DNA of 64,000 nucleotides, from contig JBCNVM010000001.1 of the NCBI GenBank assembly GCA_039630085.1, positions 202,037 through 266,036 on the forward strand, written 5' to 3'. The notes under the pieces were generated by a model, which was given only the letters and a program-made list of their open reading frames with translations, was not told the DNA's origin and searched no databases. Made by a program: the position numbers and the translations under genes. This DNA comes from Candidatus Caldarchaeales archaeon. GTDB lineage: Archaea; Thermoproteota; Nitrososphaeria_A; Caldarchaeales; Calditenuaceae. Shown piece after piece: positions 60,436-64,000 of the stretch. Each line of letters begins with the position of its first letter. Position 1 is the stretch's first letter.

Positions 60436-61977
60436 CTATCCGGCCACCTCCCTCGCGACCTTCCTCCGGACTATCTCCGCGGATATCAGGACCATCGGGA
60501 GGCCTATGCCCGGGTGAGTGTACTGCCCGGTGTAGTAGAGGTTCCTGACCTTCCTGCTCCTGTGCCTCGGCCTCCAGAAGGCGGTCTGGCCGAGCGTGTG
60601 AGCCAGTCCAAGGGCCGAGCCCTTGAAGGAGTTGAAGGCGCTGACGAAGTCGCTCACGCTGAAGAGCCTCCTGACGGCGACCCTGTCCGCGATCTCCTCA
60701 CCGGTCCTCCTCTCCAAGTCCCTCAGGACGTTCGAGTAGAGTCTTTCCCGCTCCGCCTCGCCGTCCCTCAGCCCCGCAGGGACCGGGACCAGGATGAAGA
60801 GGGCCTCGCCTTCCCGGGGAGCGGCGGAGGGGTCGGTCTTGGAGGGCACGTGGACGTAGTATGAGGCGTAATCCGGCCATCTCGCGGCCCTAGGGTCGAA
60901 TATCTGGGAGAAGTTCTCGCCCCAGTCGCGCTCCAACACCACGTTGTGGTTCACCAGCGACTCGAGCTTCCCCCTCACCCCCACGAACGCTATCAGGGCG
61001 GAGGGCGTGAACGTCCTCCTGTTCCAGTAGTCGAGGTCGTAGGTCCGGTATCTGGGCTCGAGGACCTCCGTCTCGAAGTGGGCGTAGTCCGCGTTGACGA
61101 CCACCGCGTCGGCCTCCAGCGAGGCCCCGTCAGCTATGACCCGCCTGACCCTGCCACCGGAGATCTCGAGGCTCCTTACCTCGCGACCGAGGACGAACTC
61201 GACGCCGTGCTCCCTCGCGAGTCCGTAGACGGCCTCGACCACCTTCCTTACGCCTCCCTCGGGGTAGTAGACGCCCTGGACCAGCTTGACGTAGTTCAGG
61301 ATCGCGTAGAACGACGGCGCCCTCGAGGGGGGCGTGCCGACGAACCCTATCGAATAGAGCAGGATCTTCCTCGCCTTGTCGCTGCTGAAGTGCCTCTTCA
61401 CGAAGCTCTCGACCGACTCGAGGACGTTGACCTTCATTCCCTGTGAGAGTACCTCTCGGTTGAGGAGGCTGGGCGGCGAGTCGAGGTCCAGGTAGAGCGT
61501 CCTCCTGATGCTCGCATAGAGCTCCCCGCATTTCCCGAGGAACCTACGGAGCTTCTCTCCGCCTCCGTCCTCGAGCTCGTCGAAGAGCCCGTAGACCTCC
61601 TCGATGTCGGCGCTCACGTCGATGACGGTTCCGTCGTCGAAGAAGACACGATAGCTCGGGTCGAGCCTGTGGAGCCTGTAGAAGTCCTCGGGCCTCCTCC
61701 CGAACTGGGCGAAGAACTGCTCGAAGACGTCCGGCATGAGGTACCACGTCGGCCCGGTGTCGAACGTGAACCCGTCCCTGCTGAAGGATCCTGCCCTGCC
61801 CCCGACCCACTCGTTCTTCTCTATCACGGTGACTTCGTGGCCGTCCCTCGCCAGGAGGGCTGCCGCCGCGAGGCCTCCGAGCCCCGCGCCGACCACGACC
61901 ACCCTCTTGCCTCTGCCTCGTCCCGCGTCGTCCGGGGAGCGCGAGGTCGCTAGAGTTCCGAGGAGCTCAGAGGACAT
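60436..61977 (-). CDS. crtI: Phytoene desaturase (CrtI family)
   Basis: FAD fold VVVVGAGLGGLAAAALLARDGHEVTVIEKN and C-terminal LYYTGQYTHPGIGLPMV. Confidence 0.85.
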   Translation of the reverse strand: MSSELLGTLATSRSPDDAGRGRGKRVVVVGAGLGGLAAAALLARDGHEVTVIEKNEWVGGRAGSFSRDGFTFDTGPTWYLMPDVFEQFFAQFGRRPEDFYRLHRLDPSYRVFFDDGTVIDVSADIEEVYGLFDELEDGGGEKLRRFLGKCGELYASIRRTLYLDLDSPPSLLNREVLSQGMKVNVLESVESFVKRHFSSDKARKILLYSIGFVGTPPSRAPSFYAILNYVKLVQGVYYPEGGVRKVVEAVYGLAREHGVEFVLGREVRSLEISGGRVRRVIADGASLEADAVVVNADYAHFETEVLEPRYRTYDLDYWNRRTFTPSALIAFVGVRGKLESLVNHNVVLERDWGENFSQIFDPRAARWPDYASYYVHVPSKTDPSAAPREGEALFILVPVPAGLRDGEAERERLYSNVLRDLERRTGEEIADRVAVRRLFSVSDFVSAFNSFKGSALGLAHTLGQTAFWRPRHRSRKVRNLYYTGQYTHPGIGLPMVLISAEIVRRKVAREVAG

Positions 61978-62111
61978 GGAACAGCCCCTTCCGGTCCCGC
62001 GGAGCGCCCCCGGCTCTAAAATAGCTCACCCGACTACTCAGCGCGCGGAACGGCCGTGCCCTCAGAGAACTGTCGGGCAAACCTTATCTCCGGCGCGGGT
62101 CACTCCGGCCC

Positions 62112-63500
62112 GTGAGGCACGAGCTGGTAGAGAGGCTCTGGAGGAGGATCCAGGAGAACGAGGCCTTGTACGTGAGCAGGCTCAGGAGGATCCTCGAGGT
62201 CAGCGGCGTCTCCGCGACCGGCGAGGGGATCGACGAGGCCGCATCTGTCACGAGGGAGCTGATGGAGGAGGTGGGGCTGAAGGCCGAGACGCTCGGCACC
62301 GGAGGGCACCCCGCGGTCTTCGGGGAGCTGAGGGAGGAGAGGCACGGCACGCTGCTGTTCTACAACCACTACGACGTCCAGCCGCCCGACCCCCTCGAGC
62401 TCTGGGAGAGCCCTCCCTTCTCCCCCTCGGTCAGGGACGGAAGGGTCTTCGCGAGAGGGGCTGCGGACAACAAGGGCAACTTGGTCGCGAGGCTCTGTGC
62501 GATCGACGCTGTCAGAGAGGTCGCAGGAGAGCTCCCGGTGAACGTGAAGATGCTCGCGGAGGGCGAGGAGGAGATCGGCAGCCCGAACCTCCCCCTGCTC
62601 GTCAGGACCCAAGGCCACATGCTCGAGGCCGACGCCTGCCTCTGGGAGATGAGCTACCTCGACGACAAGGACAGGCCCGTGATCGCGCTGGGCGCGAAGG
62701 GCATCGTGTATCTGGAGCTGGTCGCGAGGCGCCGCGGCGGCGACCTCCACTCGTCGTGGGGCGCGGTCTCGGTGAACCCGGCCTGGAGGCTGATGGCGGC
62801 CCTGAGCGTCCTCGCCGAGCCCGACGGTACCCCCAAGCTCCAGGAGCTGAGGGAGGACGTCGACCTCGACCCGAAGTTCCTCAGGATCGTGGAGGAGTCC
62901 GAATACGACTTCAGGGAGATAGAGGAGGGCGCGGGGGAGCTAATACCGGTCGCGAAGGGGAACCCTAGGGAGGCCCTGAAGAGGCTGACGATGATGCCGG
63001 TCGTGAACGTCTGCGGGATCCACTCCGGTTACACCGGTAAGGGCTCGAAGACGGTCCTGCCCTCGGAGGCCTTAGCGAAGGTCGACGTCAGGCTGGTCCC
63101 CAAGATGAGGCCGGAGAAGGTGATCGAGGCCGTGAGGAGGGCCCTGAGGGCGGGAGGCTTCGTGGACGTCGAGGTCAGGCAGCTGGGCGGCTCCTACCCT
63201 GCCGCGAGGACCGATCCCGAGTCGCCGTTCGTCGAGGTCGTCTCCAAGACCGCGAAGGTCGCCTTCGAGAGGGACCCGGTCCTGCTCCCGTCGATGCAGG
63301 GCTCCGGTCCCATGTACCTCTTCACGGAGGTCCTCGGGCAGCCGTGCGTCCTCGCGGGCGTCAGCAGGAGAGACTCCAAGTACCACGCGCCGAACGAGAA
63401 CCTCAGGATCGACGACTACCTCAGGGGGATATTCCACGTCGCGCTGCTGATGGTGAACTTCGTCCCGATGATGAGGTGGGGGGTGATGCCCTACCGATGA
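62112..63500 (+). CDS. M20-family metallopeptidase (dipeptidase or ArgE/DapE/CPG2-like)
   Basis: HYDVQP, RGAADNKG and EGEEEIGS metal-ligand motifs. GTG start. Confidence 0.8.
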   Translation: MRHELVERLWRRIQENEALYVSRLRRILEVSGVSATGEGIDEAASVTRELMEEVGLKAETLGTGGHPAVFGELREERHGTLLFYNHYDVQPPDPLELWESPPFSPSVRDGRVFARGAADNKGNLVARLCAIDAVREVAGELPVNVKMLAEGEEEIGSPNLPLLVRTQGHMLEADACLWEMSYLDDKDRPVIALGAKGIVYLELVARRRGGDLHSSWGAVSVNPAWRLMAALSVLAEPDGTPKLQELREDVDLDPKFLRIVEESEYDFREIEEGAGELIPVAKGNPREALKRLTMMPVVNVCGIHSGYTGKGSKTVLPSEALAKVDVRLVPKMRPEKVIEAVRRALRAGGFVDVEVRQLGGSYPAARTDPESPFVEVVSKTAKVAFERDPVLLPSMQGSGPMYLFTEVLGQPCVLAGVSRRDSKYHAPNENLRIDDYLRGIFHVALLMVNFVPMMRWGVMPYR

Positions 63501-64000
63501 GACGAATCCTCTCCGGCGTTGAGGTCCGAGCTGGAAGTCCCTCGGTGCCCCAGTAAATCGCCCATCAGTCGACTCCGGGCGTAGCCCACGCTACCTTGCC
63601 GGTTTTGGTGAAACCTTAACACAAAGAAGAACGTTATCGCTAGGGTAGCAGCCCTGAGCAGGGCCATCGTTTGGGGGAGTGACCCCGGCAGCGTCGGCGT
63701 GTCCGTTGTGAACCACGTGTATATGATGAAGACGTTAGCGACGTCAATCACGGGCCATAGGAACATCGCTACGGGAGAGAAAGGCATGAGAACTATTAAC
63801 CACAGGAACATCTGGGGCGTGAACACGTATGACGTCAACAGCCAACTGGACATGATCAATAGCGCTTTGACGCCCAGAGGGAACGTCACGGCGTAGCTCC
63901 GCAACAGCAGGGGGATCAGCAACACGACTCCGAAGATCTTCGCGGAAACGGAGAAGGGGCTTTGGAAAACCCAGATGTACCAAGCGTTCTCAAGGCCCCA
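63491..64000 (-). CDS. Polytopic membrane protein, C-terminal part (gene continues beyond the window end)
   Basis: The frame is open from nt 64000 downward (WGLENAWYIWVFQSPF...) through several TM segments. GC is visibly lower than in neighbours. Function unknown (GT-C-like is only a guess). Confidence 0.45.
   Translation of the reverse strand, partial: WGLENAWYIWVFQSPFSVSAKIFGVVLLIPLLLRSYAVTFPLGVKALLIMSSWLLTSYVFTPQMFLWLIVLMPFSPVAMFLWPVIDVANVFIIYTWFTTDTPTLPGSLPQTMALLRAATLAITFFFVLRFHQNRQGSVGYARSRLMGDLLGHRGTSSSDLNAGEDSSHR

Noticed and set aside
1-64000. CRISPR arrays, rRNA genes, transposases or IS elements
   Set aside because: I noticed no regularly spaced direct repeats, no rRNA-like conserved stretches, and no transposase or integrase-like translation anywhere in the window.

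Overview
GC-rich (by eye about 60-65%, not computed), very gene-dense archaeal chromosomal segment. Archaeal identity rests on eL34, eS17, TFB, aIF1, aIF1A, prefoldin alpha and beta, sn-glycerol-1-phosphate dehydrogenase, type-2 IPP isomerase, the DUF35/thiolase/HMG-CoA synthase trio, a DUF106 protein after secY, and an intron-containing tRNA. The lineage cannot be fixed without a database search; a Thermoplasmatota-like euryarchaeon is only a guess. I support about 75 protein genes, 2 tRNAs, 2 pseudogenes and 1 intein. I saw no rRNA and no CRISPR array. Most genes are housekeeping: translation, tRNA modification, mevalonate and lipid synthesis, amino-acid metabolism, ABC and ECF transporters. 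Three accessory patches of visibly lower GC interrupt them. (i) A 419-aa LAGLIDADG intein sits exactly inside the CX3CX2C Fe-S motif of a radical SAM enzyme; this is the strongest finding. (ii) A decaying HEPN/MNT toxin-antitoxin pair plus about 430 nt of unexplained DNA abuts tRNA-Thr. (iii) A VapBC cassette abuts tRNA-Arg. Other points worth a second look: a polytopic membrane protein ending in a C4HC3 PHD/RING-like zinc finger; a multi-zinc-ribbon protein translationally coupled to a processive QxxRW glycosyltransferase; three GH130 modules in two adjacent genes; an orphan nuoB-nuoC pair; a homoserine dehydrogenase whose Rossmann N-terminus has no canonical start codon; an Lrp regulator divergent from the mevalonate operon; and a crtI-crtB-UbiA carotenoid operon. 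Many genes have a TATA-like box 25-32 nt upstream of the start codon, which suggests leaderless mRNAs. Many long ORFs in the supplied track are GC-driven shadow frames (Arg/Pro/Gly/Ser-rich) and were rejected. All functional calls come from motif recognition by eye; no searches were run.
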